A stretch of 64,000 nt of DNA from the human T2T-CHM13v2.0 reference genome, Homo sapiens. Below, piece after piece: positions 1 through 13,575 of the stretch. Where the stretch lies: NCBI RefSeq assembly GCF_009914755.1, contig NC_060932.1; one strand, written 5' to 3'. Position 1 is the stretch's first letter. Each line of letters starts with the position of its first letter. The notes under the pieces are model-generated. The model did not search any database. It worked only from the letters and a program-made list of their open reading frames with translations, and was not told the origin of the DNA. The position numbers and the translations under genes are program-made.

Positions 1-2340
1 ATTTCGGTCAAAAATCTTGTCTTACCTGTCAGTGCTGAATAACTTACAGGAAAGATTTTGTAAAAGAGGGTAACATTCTAAAGTTACATATCAAGAAAAT
101 AAAGTTTTGTTTTATCTATTTCACTCTTTAGGGGCATGTGTGTGTGTGTGTCAATAAATATAAAGTTGTCCAAAGCTTAACGTAATACATGAATAAAACC
201 CATCTAGACTAGACATCTAGGCTAGAGAGTTCTTTGTTCTTAAATTAACTCAAACAGTTTAGTAATTTGGCACATTACACATGTGTATGCGCATTTAATT
301 GCTGTTTGAGGTGGTGTTTTTAATTTAAGGGCATGGATAAAGTGCTTACTTGTGTGATTGCATGGACTCTGAAAATACTGAAGGTCCAACGTAGAAATAA
401 CTTTCTTCCCCACTGAAGGAAAAGTATCCTTATCACCTAGAAGAGTTAATATGCTTCCACAAAGTAAATACCATAATCCCCTCCCTCTTGCCTTAAGGTT
501 TAGAACAATTGTTTATCACAAATAGAATTCTGTATAATGTACCCTTCTTCCTTTTCTGGCACTACTCAGACTTTTGGAGAAAGAACTTGGCAGTTCTGTT
601 TGTTTTCTTGCTCCTTTAACCTTCACCTTTCCCTCTCCATGTTAGTGTTCTCAAATCTCCCTCATACACAAACCCACACGTATCGACTCCAGAAAAATCA
701 CTCTCCTGCCTGCCACTTTGAGAGTTCTCATCTCACATCTTTTCTATTGCCTCTCTTTTCTTTTCTTCTGTTTTTCCAAATAGAATCAATCCATGCATCC
801 GTTGAAACTATTTTGCATTTCACTGTTCTCCAAGTCCAACAATTCAACTTTCCAAGCATACATATTTACTGAATATTCAGAGGAGTTAGTAGAAATTATT
901 ACTTTATCCATTCCCTTCTGTTTGGCTTTTAAAACTTCATAGTTTAGGCAATAGGGCAACTTCCTGCCTTTTTAACACTCACTATGATAATAAAAGTGAG
1001 ATTGCTAGAATAACGAAATGGCAGGATATGGTTTCGGTCACGTTTCTCAACTTAAGAGTGTGTCTGTCCACGTGTTTTATATACCTGCCTGCATGTCTAC
1101 AAATGTGCAAGTCTGCAGAGCATCTTCGTTAAACGTTGAAAAATATTTTTTCTTGAATGCGTATCTGGCATTCTTATATGGTAGAGAGATCAGTATATGT
1201 GTATAACATATTGTGAAAGTAGACCCAAATCTAGGAAACCTATAAGATATATTTCATTCTGCCCTAATGCATTTTTTTCTTCATAAAGAACTAATTAGTT
1301 CCTTTAAAACTTGCTATCTCTTAAAGACTAATTCCAAAGGAAGATTCTTAACGTTGATAGGAAATCTCATGCATATTTTAAGGAAAATATATAAAGGTAA
1401 GATATTCTGCTTATTTCAAAATGTAATTGTTTAAGATTTGTTTATATTCTTCAGATTGATTTTGCATAAAATCGAGATTTCTATTATTTTCACAGAAGCT
1501 TCAGACAGATGGACAATACAAAGGCATTATGTGTGATTTCTTTTTTAGCCCAGAGTTTTGTTATTGTTGTTGTTGTTGTTTGTTTTTTTTAAGGCTAGAG
1601 ATTATGGCCTTGTTACTCCCCAAGTGATAGAATAAACTTTATAGAGCAGAGCAGCATTAGATTTTTTAGTCACATTCTACAAGTATCTTTATAGCCTAGA
1701 TCTGTGGGCCATTCTGTTTCATTGCTTATTTCCTCCTTGTGCTTCTTAAATATGTATTCCCACCAACTCTTTACTGCAAGTACGGGTTGTGAGGCAGAAA
1801 GCCATGTGTGTGAGACAAGTAATCCCTTGACTTGTGTAAGCCAAACCCTCTTATATTATCTTAAAAAGTGCGTATTCCTATAGGTTGAATTTTAACTATC
1901 TTTGCTATCTGATTTGATGTCCCATAGCCACTCATTGACTCATTCATTAATTCATTTATTACTTACTAAATATATATATATAAGGAGAAGAGTGCTTGAA
2001 TAGAATATAACAAATGTAAAAAATATAGAAGCTAGGCCCTGCTCCCAAGAATATTTTAGGGGGAAAAAAAACTTGAAAAACTAATTGAAAAATCAGTTAT
2101 AGTTCAAAATGAAAGATCTCTTTTATACAGAAATGCACTTAATAATTTTATACTTAGCAAATTAATTAAGACACATCCATGAAGAGGATCATGAAAATTT
2201 TCACAAACTATGCATTTGGCAGTTGTTATAAAACAATAAAAATAATAGTAATAATAATTTCATTAAAATATTTAATTTTAAATGTAGAGTATTATGATTA
2301 TAAGTAATACTATTTATTTTATTGACGTATATAAAATAAA

Positions 2341-2570
2341 GTTATTATTATAGCACTTACTTGAGGCACATACTGTTTTAAGCATTTTACAAATATTATT
2401 TTCATTCTTACAACCACCCTATGGTGTAGCTGTCAGAAATGCCCTTTATTATATAGATATGAAAACTAATGTTCAGAGACTTTTCTTAACTTGTCTAAAG
2501 TCATATAGGAAATAAATGGTAAAGTCAAGCTTGAACCTAGGTGCTCTGGCTTCACTTAACCACTATGATA
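2341..2570 (-). mobile_element. MIR SINE
   Basis: MIR-like core: ttctttacaaccaccctatg...atgaaaactaatgttcagaga...aacttgtctaaagtcata...cttgaacctagg. Confidence 0.7.
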
Positions 2571-5139
2571 TTCAGAAGTGTTAAAAACGAGCCCAGGCAG
2601 AACAAGAAAAAATGCTTGCAGTTCCTAGATTTATTTGGAACTGTATCTTCTCACTCACCAAAGGATGCCCTGCTTATTAGTACAGGAGGATGCTTGAAAA
2701 AGGCCAAAAGTAAGAGAAAACCCCCATATTTTCAACATGAATTTGAAATAAGAAGGTAGTTTAGATTTTTATAATGTAGGTGGGATTTTATCAGAATGCT
2801 AACACATTAGAAACTACTAGCTTTACATCGACCACAGAAAATGAGGCTGGCTGATGCAGATGATCTCATTGGTCAGTTTATTTTCATTTTCAGGTTCTTT
2901 AAAAACAAGTTTGTGAATTATTTTGAACATAGTATTACAAATTTGTTTAATTTAGCTACTTTTAGAATTATTTGTTTTTTAAAAATTATTAGTTCTGAAA
3001 TATAATTTTTTATGCATGTCCCCATTTTTTTCCCTGTGAAACATAACATGAATATTTCAATAGAAATTAAAATATGGTTACTTAACAGATTTACATACTA
3101 GTATAGTCTCTAGAATGCATTTATTTTATTAAGTGCAGAGTTACTATGATAACATTATGAAAACATAAATTGAGATTTTCATCAAGAAAAGTTTATATAT
3201 TTGAAGAAAAGTTTTTTCTAAATAGCTACAACTTCTGTTTATGTGAACAATGTCATCCAGATTAAATTTGAAAGCTAAAATGATTAAATATTGCCTGCAG
3301 GAAGCCATAGAATCAAATATTTAGACATATCCTCATGATTGACATTTTAATTTTTCACACAATTATTAGGTCTTACAGGTTCAATCACATTGTATAGCCA
3401 ACCTTGAACCTACAATTGGCTTATTAGATAAAATTTCATTTTAAAAATTTGGGTATTTTAGAACTTGTAAACATTTCCTTATAAAAATAGTACTTTAAAT
3501 GATGTTTAGGTCCTCAGACCAATCCACCAAAGCCCTTTTAATAACTAATATACCTGAAGTACAGTACTGTTAGTATTAAAAAAACCCACAGCCAACTTAA
3601 AAATTAAAAATTAAAAATTATGTATGGCAATACTCCTGGGGAATCATTTGATTTACATAATGTTTATTGGCTTCCTTTGTGTGAGACTCACTTGAGATAC
3701 AGAGGTGAATGCAGTACTGCCTAGGCCCACAAGGAGGAGAGAAAATGGAGAGGGTATTTGTACACAAGTAACTGACATCTGGCAGAATGAAGGAAGCGAT
3801 ATAAGAGTGATAGAGGCAAAGCACTGGATAATTGATTCAGAGTTCTACCATGAAATCCAGGGACTGCAATCCCTTCAGGGTTCTCATTTGGTAGTTCATC
3901 CTAAAGGTATCTACTCAGCTTCTGTGTGCCAAGTCCTAAGCCAGTTATTAGAGACATAAATATGCATAAGACACTATGCACTCACAGCCTACATTTGTAG
4001 AGAAATAAATCACAACCAAATATTATAAATGCTATTGATAGAGTGGGATGGCAATTCAACGGAGTAGTTGTATGACAGAAGCATCCCAACAGTAAGAAAA
4101 TACAGTTGCTTTGAATTTCTAAATATATTTAGAGCCACAACACTCTACTCAGTCGGATCCAATACCCCCTTTTTATAAGCAGTACTTTGTAATGTCCCCT
4201 TTACTTTCCTGAAATAATATGTATAGATAATAAATCATATCTACACATATAACATTTTAAAAAGCAATATAAATTCCCTATCTGTAATAGAAAGAGTAAA
4301 TAAGAAGAAAGCAACTTAAGATAAAATAGTAGGCTTATCAATATGTGCATGCTCAGATATAACTACACTAAAAGATGTACTAAAATAGATGCTTGCTACT
4401 TAAAATGCATAAGTTTGGATAAGAAGATAAGTTCAGATAAGATTAGAAGATAAACTTGGATAAGATGATAATATTCAACTGAATATTGGTAACACTTTTA
4501 TATATTTGGCACTTTGAAATAAGAGCAAAATAAATATATTCATTGAGTGTGACAGCAGCAATTGCAAACAGATGTGGGTGTACTGGATTAATGAATCAGT
4601 TAACAGGAGCAGCATGATAGCTGGTGACATAACTTCCCAAAATCGTGAGCAAATCTTGGTGATAGCACCTTCTATCATTCCTAGAAAATTCCTGTGTAAA
4701 AACATGCTATGAACAATAGGACTAGGGTCTAGTCACAGATAACAGTAAGCAAGTTTTTTATTTATATATATGTCTGGTGAGATGTGTAAAAGTTATGGAG
4801 GAAGCAGGATTTCCTGCATTCTTGGGCCTTGCCCTTCAAACACTTGACAACTTTAGGAAACTCACTCAAAAGGATCATATTCCTCTCATTCAGGAGCACT
4901 GATTATGGCTATATTCTCCCATTGAAGAAAGCCAATCCAATTCTACTGTGTGGGTGGCTATTTTGAAAAAGCTGAGCACTCTATGTTTTTAGTATGAAGG
5001 TAAGTTTAGCGGCTGACTAAATACAAATAAATAGCAACAAAATCAAACTATGTAGTTTGCTAAACATTAGGGACATCCTATTAGTGGGCACAATTTGATG
5101 ATTTAATTATCACTGTGAAGAGTATCATTTTCTACGTGG

Positions 5140-5640
5140 GATAGTCAGACAGGACTTCACAGATGAAGTGACATCTAAGTTCATTTTTAAAAGATGAGTA
5201 AGCATTCCCCAAGTGGAAAAGGAGGTAGATGGAGAGCATTCTAGGCAGAAGGAACAGCATTTGCAAAGCAATGTCATAAAAAAGGGCTTGGCTGGTGACT
5301 GAAGGTCAGCATTGGCAGTTGTGGGGAAGTGATGGGAGACGAGGCTGAAGAAGGTTGAGGATTAGATGTGAAAGGTGTTTATGCCATCCTACATCATTTG
5401 GATTTTATCCTGAAAGGCAGGTTGTTGGGGGAGAGAGGGTCAATGGAAAATTTTTAAAAAGTGGTGTAATCCACTTTATTTTTGGCAACAATCTCTGAGC
5501 TAATGTGAATAGGATCAACTTTAACAGGAGAAAAGATTGATACTTTGGAGACTAGTTAGGAGTCTTTCAAGGAATACAACTAAGATAATGTCTAAGACTT
5601 GCTTTAAACAGGAATGGCGAAGAAGGGGAGGAGGATTTGA
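5140..5640 (-). mobile_element. L2 LINE fragment
   Basis: cttcacagatgaagtgacatctaag...agcattctaggcagaaggaacagcatttgcaaag...ttttatcctgaaaggca, typical of L2. Confidence 0.65.
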
Positions 5641-7078
5641 ATTCCTGACGGCAAACACTTGCAATCTAAGGGTCTCCAAGTCTTCCACCTCCCAATACAG
5701 GTCATAATAGTAGGTATTACCCTCCTTTTTTGCTTTTCAATGGTGATTGTATTAGTTGAGGTAACTTTAACTTCTAAACTTCCATATTTCAGTGGTTAAT
5801 AGAGTGGACATTTAATTTTTGCTTATATGAGAGTCCAATGTATGCATTCAGTGCAGTGATTTGGGGACCCAAATCTTGCTCTTGATACTAGAAACATGAA
5901 GCTCTCTGCATCCAGCTGACATTGTGGAAGAGAATGAACATAGAGAAGGCACACCCAAGTAGTGACACACCTGGCTTCCATTCACATTCTGTTGATGAGA
6001 TAGTCACATTGCTCTGTCAGTATGCAAAGAGGGCTGGAGTATGCAACCTCTGGGTGGGAGGCTACTTTCCAGTCATATTTCTGTATCATGGAAAGGGAAG
6101 CATAGATTTTGCTAAACAAAAATTCTACTATATTCTGCTCTCTGGCTACAGATAGGAAAACCTCAACCCCAGAAAACAACCTGAATCTCACCTAGTCACT
6201 GTATCCATCTCAAAGTCCAGGTTCTATGGCTGATGCTGAGTGCCCGCCACCATTTAGTCTGGATATGGCCCCTCATTGTCTAGAAACTTTTGTACTAAAA
6301 GGCAAGTTATCAGCCTCCAATATACAGGCATACCTCATTTTTATGGTGCTTTGTTTTATTGTGCTTAACAGATGCTGCGATTTTCACAAATTGAAGGTTT
6401 GTGGCAACCCTGCATCACGCAAGTCTGTCAGTGCCGTTTTTCCAACAGTGTGCTCACTTCTTGTCTCTGTGTCACATTTTGGTAATTCTCCCAATATTTC
6501 AAATGTTATTGTTATATAGGTTATGCTGATCCATGATCAGTGATATTTGGGGCACCACGAGTTGTGCCCATATAAGATGGTAAACTTAATGGATGAATGT
6601 TGTGTGGGTCCCAACTTCTCCACTGACTGGCTATTCCCACATCTCTCTCCCTCTGCTTGGGCCTCCCTGTTCCCTGAGACACAACAATATTGAAAATAGG
6701 CCAATTAATAACCCTACAATGACCTTTAAGTATCCAAGTGAAAGGAAGAATCACATGTCTGTCACTTTAAATCAAAAGCTAGAAAGGATTAAGCTTAGTG
6801 AGGAAGGTATATTGAAAGCCAAGATAGGCTGAGAGTTAGTCCTCTTGTTCCAGTTAGCCAAGTTGTGAATGCAAAGGAAAAGTTATTGAAGGAAATTAAA
6901 AATGTTACTCCAATGAATACATGAATGATAATAAAGGAAAAAGAGTCTGATTGCTGATATGGAGAAAGTTTTAGTGGTCTGGATAGATCAAATTAGTCAC
7001 AACATTCCCTTCAACCAAAGCCTAATCCAGAACAAGACCTTAACTCTCTTCAATTCCATGAAGGCTGAGAGAAGTGAG

Positions 7079-7212
7079 TTTTTCTGTGAGTTCTTGGATA
7101 TTGGTAAAGGCCCCCTGTTCTGGCAATAGGGCACATTCCTTCTTTAGACCCTGGTTTGCTATCTTAGAAGAAATTCTTTGTTCTTTGTTCTCTGTTCTTC
7201 TGTTTCTTCAAA
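7079..7212 (+). repeat. 134-nt insertion in Tigger1 containing a 98-nt copy (7094-7191) of 9449-9546
   Basis: Direct comparison shows 4 mismatches in 98 nt with no gaps. Tigger1 sequence resumes at cagaagaaaag (7213). Confidence 0.9.
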
Positions 7213-7296
7213 CAGAAGAAAAGTTCAAAGCTAGCAGAGGTTGGTTCACAGGTTTAAAAAAAATAAGCCATCTCCGTGATACAAAAGTGCAAGGTG

Positions 7297-7590
7297 GGCC
7301 GGGCGCAGTGGCTCACGCCTGTAATCCCAACACTTTGGGAGGCCGAGGCAGGTGGATCACAAGGTCAGGAGTTCAAGACCAGCCCGGCCAACTTGATGAA
7401 ACCCCGTGTCTACTAAAAAAATACAAAAAAATTAGCCAGGCATGGTGGCAGGTGCCTGTAATCCCAGCTACTTGGGAGGCTGAGGCAGAGAATTGCTTGA
7501 ACCTGAGAGGTGGAGGTTGCAGTGAGCCGAGATTGCACCACTGCACTCCAGCCTGGGTGGCAGAGCAAGACTCTGTGTCAAAAAAAAAAA
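7297..7590 (+). mobile_element. AluS (Sg/Sc-like) inserted in Tigger1
   Basis: Full dimer with poly(A); 14-bp TSD aaaagtgcaaggtg at 7283-7296 and 7591-7604. Confidence 0.95.
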
Positions 7591-7702
7591 AAAAGTGCAA
7601 GGTGAAGAAACAAGTGTTAAATATGGAAGCTGCAGCAAGTTACCCACAATATTTAGCTAAGATCATTGATGAAGGTGGCTACAATTAACAATAGATTTTT
7701 AA

Positions 7703-7929
<227 letters not shown>

Positions 7930-10900
7930 TAATGGAGATTAAACAGGCTTCTGTTGAAAGGTGACGCCATTTAGGCCTTTCCATAGCTAGAGAGAAGAAG
8001 TCAATGCCTGGCTTCAAAGCTTCAAAGGACAGGCTTACTCTCTTGGTAGGGGCTAATCTAGCTGGTGACCTTAAGTTGAATTCATTGCTTACTTTCTATT
8101 CTGAGAATCCTAGGGTCCTTAAGAATGATGCTAAATTTACTCTGCCTATGCTTTAGAAATGGAACAATGAAGCCTGAATGAACAATGCATTTGTTTACAG
8201 CATGGTTTACTGATATTTTAAGCCCACCATTAGAACCTACTGCTTATGAAAAAATTCTTTTCAAAATATTACTGCTTTTTGACAATGTTTCCCATCACCC
8301 AAGAGCTCTGAGGGAGATGTACATGGAGATTAATGTTTTCTTGCCTGCTAACACAGTATCCACTCTGCAGCTCATGGATCAAGGAATAATTTTGACTTTC
8401 AAGCCTATTATTTCATAAATACCTTTTATAAGGCTATACCTGCCATATATAGTGATTCCTCTGATAGATCTGGACAAAGTTAATTAAAAACCTTCTGGAA
8501 AGGATTCACCATTCTAGATGCCATTAAGAACGTTTGTGATTGATAGGAGGAAGTCAAAATATCAACATTAACAGGAATTTGGCAGAAGTTGATTCTAACC
8601 TCCATGGATGACTTTGAGGGATTTAAAACTTCATTGAAGAAAATAACTGCACATATGGTGGAGAGAAGGAGAATTAGAAGTGGAGTCAGAAGATATACAT
8701 GAATTGCTGTGACCTCATAATCAAACTTGAGCAGAGAAGGAGTTGCTTCTTATGAACGAGCAAAGAAAGTGATTTCTTCAGATGAAATTTACTCTTGATT
8801 GAAGACACTGTGAACATTGTTGAAATCACAACAAAGGATTTGGAATATTACACCAACTTAGTTGATAAAACAGAAACAAGATTTGAGATGATTGACTCGA
8901 ATTTGAACAAAGTGCTAGTGTGGGTAAAATGCTATCAAATAGCATTGCATGCTACTGAGAAATCTTTTGTGAAAGGAAGACACAACTGTGCAAACTTCAT
9001 TGTTGTCTCATTTTAAGAAATTGCCACAGCCACCCAAATCGTCAGCAGCTACCACTGAGATCAGTCAGCAGCCATAAACATCAAGGCAAGACCATCCATT
9101 AGCAAATAGATTACAATTCCCTGAAGGCTCTGAGGATTGTTAGCTTTTTTCCCCAATAGAGCATTTTAATTAAGGTATGAACATTTTTAATCGAAATAAT
9201 ATAAAATACTACAGTATTTTATAAACATTACCTTTACATGCACTGGGAAACCAAATATTTCTGTAACTTGCCTTATTGAGGTATTTGCTTTTTTGCCGTG
9301 GTCTGGAACTAAACCTGTAATATCTCTGAGGTATGCTTGTATAATGATGGATGAAGTTTGGAATGATTGCCTTTAAAATTTCCATTTGGAAAAATGAACA
9401 ATGGGAGACATAAACCAGTCATTGACGCATAACATGGAAGAAGTCCTGTTGGATATTGTTAAAGGCCCCCTGTCCTGGCAATAGGGCACATTCCTTCTTT
9501 GGACCCTGGTTTGCTATCTTGGAAGAAATTCTTTGTTCTTTGTTCTGTGTAGTCCAGGCCACCTTCTGGGAGGTTCTTCATTGTCCATTACTCTCCATGA
9601 CCACATGCAAAATGGGTGTTGGGAAGTATACCCTTCCTGGAACTTATAGGGCCTTATAGGCCTGCTTCTTCCCAATCCAAGCCTAGATACCTAGAGGTGG
9701 TTTTAAAGTCATTGGGTTTTTTTTTCTTTTTTCTTTTTTGTTAGGCCTGGCTCTTAATTTCTTTGACAATACAATTTCCTCAAAATTTTCATAAGTTACT
9801 TACGTATTTGCTTTCTGTCAGTTACACTACTAGCTACAGTGAAAGTTCTTTCCTATTCGTAATTTTTGAAGCTGTTTCATTCCTTTGTTCATGTCTTATA
9901 CACCCATGTCTTAAGTGGTTATGTTGGGTTCATCTCAAAAATAGGCTTGGGTGGTTAGGTCACTTCATTAATGAGATATTTACTGCAAGGCTGAGTCACT
10001 TTGTCGAACTGGGAGGTTATAAGGGACTTGTGTTACTCAAAGCCTTTTTCATTGTTATTTCTCACCCTTATCCTCCCTGAAGAGTGGGCTGTTGCAGCTT
10101 CCTGAGGTCTTCTGTTTCAATCGTTTTTTAATACTTTGCTACAGGCAGTGAGGAGCAACCACCACACAATAACATTCTGGCTCTTTGCAATCTTTTTTTC
10201 TGAAGTTATAGACCTGCCTTCTAAGTTAGCACAGTTGTGCCAGGGCATGGCAGGGTCCAGGCATTTCGTCTTCTATATCCCTTTCCTTGCTTGGGGCAAT
10301 GCCACATAATTAGATTTTTGTAAAGGCAGCACTCCCACGCCCCCTAACATCAAGGTGTCAATGTTAGGATAATGCTAGCTCATCCTGTAACAAACACCAG
10401 AATGTTAGCGATTTGGCATAACAAAAGTATATTTCTCATTCACATAACAATCAAATGAAGAGTGCGAGAGCACAGAAAAGGCACGACCAGTTCTTAAACA
10501 TCTTGACTCAGGTGTGACAACAACACTTCTGCTTATATTCCACTGATGAAAACTAGTCAGATACCACTCTATCTAGATGCCTAGATGAGGGGGCTGGGAG
10601 TAGGGGCTGTGAAATGTAATATTTGGCTCAACAGGAACTTCTCAGTGGCAATTATATAAGGTGAACTATAAATTTAAATAAACAACTAGCCATCCCTGCT
10701 GTCGTCATATTTCTTCAAAATAAATTAGGGGAGAAAAGTGTTTGAATTGCATCCACTCACTGGTTAATCCATGCTGTGCCACATCCTTCACCACACGCCT
10801 GTGTTCTCTTTGGCTCCTCTCAGACCTCTGGGATGTCTTCCTCTGGGACACATCTCCCTTCCTTCTCTAATCAATCAGTATTATAGTGCCCTCATATATA

Positions 10901-12279
10901 AAAGACTCTGGCTGAGTGCATTGGGATAAAGGATGGTAATTATAGCATAGACAAGAAACTAATTCTAATTAAATGTTAGATGTCACTGCTCCTAAAAATG
11001 CATTTACCATTCCTCATCACAGGAGTTTTCTCATTGGTCCATATCTCACTGGGGCCCAGGTACCAGCCATTTTCTGGACACCTCACCAGCCATTTGCTAG
11101 GTCTCTCTCTTCCTCTGGACACTTCCTCCCATCTCTTCATCCAGAATTTTCCCACTATCCTTTCTCAAGATGACAATGGATGATTCCAAAAGACAGAGGT
11201 AGTTCATTATGCTGAACTATTTAACTCTTGTTTGCCTCTGACTTGCCCAAGGGCACTTGCCAGTAATAGCCAAATAGCCCATTATGTTTTTTTCTGAAAT
11301 GAGAAAGCAATTCTTTCCCCAGGAGGACTTACTGCTTCTTATACTCTAACTGGCTGGAAATTGTAGCCAGCTTTTTACAGGTGCACATTCAGCTAATATT
11401 TATTAAACACTTTTCAGGTGTAAAGTACTCTGCTAGGTCATGAGGTTATGCAAACTTAGTCCTTACCCTTTCGAGGCTTATGGTCTGCCTGAAAACAAAC
11501 ATAGAACCCCTAGATCCCTTGCAGTGCTAATTGCAGTGAGTTTGCCCCAGGTCCAAACAATTGATAATTCTTTGGGTTGTGGAGTATTTTGAAAGGGATG
11601 GGGAGTAGCAGCATGCAGGCTGTGGTGTGCTAAATTGGGGAAGTTGAGACATTATGCTGTCATTATTTCCCAGAGATAAATTCTGTGCTCTGCTTCTGGT
11701 CACCTAGTTATTTTTTGCAGACTCCAGGTCTTAAGCTATGTGGTTCTTTTTACACTCCCTGCTCCTATTTTCTGACAGTCAGGAAAAGCCAGTCCTAAAA
11801 GGAGATCAGTCAGGTATGGGAAAGTGGCATCTGGAGAGAATAGAGCAAATGACAGATGGCAATCCCAGTAGACAGGAAGTTAGACTTTCTTCCTAGGGAA
11901 TGTCCTGGCCAAATATGGTAGGCAGTGTCTGGGAGCAGGCGATATTTGGAGATTCAGACAGGCAGGGCTGACAGAGACAGGCAGGGATAGAATGGTCCAG
12001 CCCCATAGGCTCAGAATGCTGCTGCTGGAGGGGACATAGAGTTTAGGAAGAAGCCTCTTTTAAGTAGCTAGCAGGGGCCTACACAGTTAAGACATCTCCA
12101 TTCTCAGGAAGACAGGGTGATGTTCACTTCATTAATGAAGGGATCCAGGCACAATGGACAGGACCATTTCTTACGCCATCACCAAAGCACCAACCCCACC
12201 TTCATGATGTTCCACTATAGCTTACTAACTGGACTCAGCTTCTTTTCTTGTCCTCTCAATTAATTTTGCCCTTTTTTGT

Positions 12280-12978
12280 TGTTGTTGTTGTTTGTTTATT
12301 TTTTACAAAAAGCAAATCTGATTGTGTCACTCATTTACCTAAAACCCTTAAATGATTTCCCACTTTTCTTAGGATAAGGTCCTAAACCTTCAACTTGGGG
12401 GCTACCATATTCCTCCTTCATTTCCCAAAGCATCACTAGTAGAAAGCTGTTGTACATGACGGGCTCTGGTCAGTCTGGCCCCTTGTCGCCAGCATCGTCT
12501 CAGGCCCCACTCATCCTTTGTTTTCTGTTACAATTTCTGGCTTTATTTTAGTTCATCTGAAGTGCCCTGGGCTTTCTTGCTAGAAGGCCGTCTCGCATAG
12601 TTACTTGGGATGCTCTCTCTTCCCACTTTCACCTAATACATTCTTACTCATGTCTCTGAACTCAGGTCAAAAATCACTTGCTCAAAGAAGTCTTCTTGGC
12701 TCCCAGAGCAGGGGCGGTGACTCATCATGCCGTCTTCTAGCACCCTGATTCGTTATGGCACTTACCCCAAATCTAACTTTAAAATTTCAGGCATTTACTC
12801 ATTTAATATCAGCTTTCTCACACTAATATCAGCATCCTTTGCAAGAATATAAACTCAGTGAAGGCAGGGACTGCTGCTTTCATGCACTTCTTTATCCACA
12901 GCACCTCTCACAACTCCATGCACATAGCAGATGCTTATTATTTGTTTGTTGAATAAATGAGTAAAGGAATGGATGGAG
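12280..12978 (+). mobile_element. L2 3' end
   Basis: aaatctgattgtgtcactc...ttaggataaggtcc...catagcagatgcttattatttgtttgttgaataaatgagtaaaggaatggatgga, with the L2 tail. Confidence 0.7.
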
Positions 12979-13376
12979 CTGGGGCCCAAGTCAAGTTCTA
13001 GGTCATAAAATGGAACCAGGAGCCCAGTTCCCAAGAACTGCTGTTCAGGGTAGGGCAGGATAGGACCAGAGCAAGTCTGCCTGATGATGAAGCGCCAAAC
13101 CATGACCGTGCACTATTTACACTCATGAACTCTATATTCTTCTTGACAAGGACCAAGATGGTCCTAAAACCCAAGAGGAAGTAGAGTTTGTAATTGGAGT
13201 CCCAGTGTATACCACTGCTGAGAATGGGAGTAGAGGTAGAAGGTGGTAGAAACACAATCAAGGCAAAACATGTTCTTCCAACAGAATTTTTTCTGCCATT
13301 CTTATTAAGAACAGAACTTATTTCTTATTTAAGAACAGAACTCAGCCTCATAACTTCACAGGAAAGTTGTCTAGAC

Positions 13377-13575
13377 CAGTGCTTCCCAATAGAACTTGAT
13401 GTGATGATGGAAATGTTCTATATTGGTGCTCTCCAATACAGTAGTCACTAGCCACATGAGCTATTGAATATTTGAAACATAACTTGAGAGACTGAGAAGT
13501 TGAATTTTAAATTTATGTGATTTATGTTGAAATAGCCACATGTGACTAGTGGCTACCATGCTAGATAGTATATAG
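13377..13575 (+). mobile_element. MER3 (hAT-Charlie) MITE
   Basis: ccaatagaact...gatgatggaaatgttctata...tagccacatgtgactagtggctacc; perfect 8-bp TSD gtctagac at 13369-13376 and 13576-13583. Confidence 0.9.

Noticed and set aside
4140-4900. Possible old hAT/Charlie DNA transposon remnant
   Set aside because: There is only vague resemblance and no terminal repeats or TSD could be confirmed, so it is not listed as a feature.
7074-7688. 204-aa ORF, the longest in the ORF track
   Set aside because: It has a GTG start and is a chance composite of the templated insert, Tigger1 and an Alu. There is no coherent protein.
9456-9659. ORF resembling the N-terminus of the 7074 ORF ([26 protein letters not shown]), suggesting paralogous genes
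   Set aside because: The similarity comes only from the 98-nt DNA duplication. Starts are non-ATG and there is no coding evidence.
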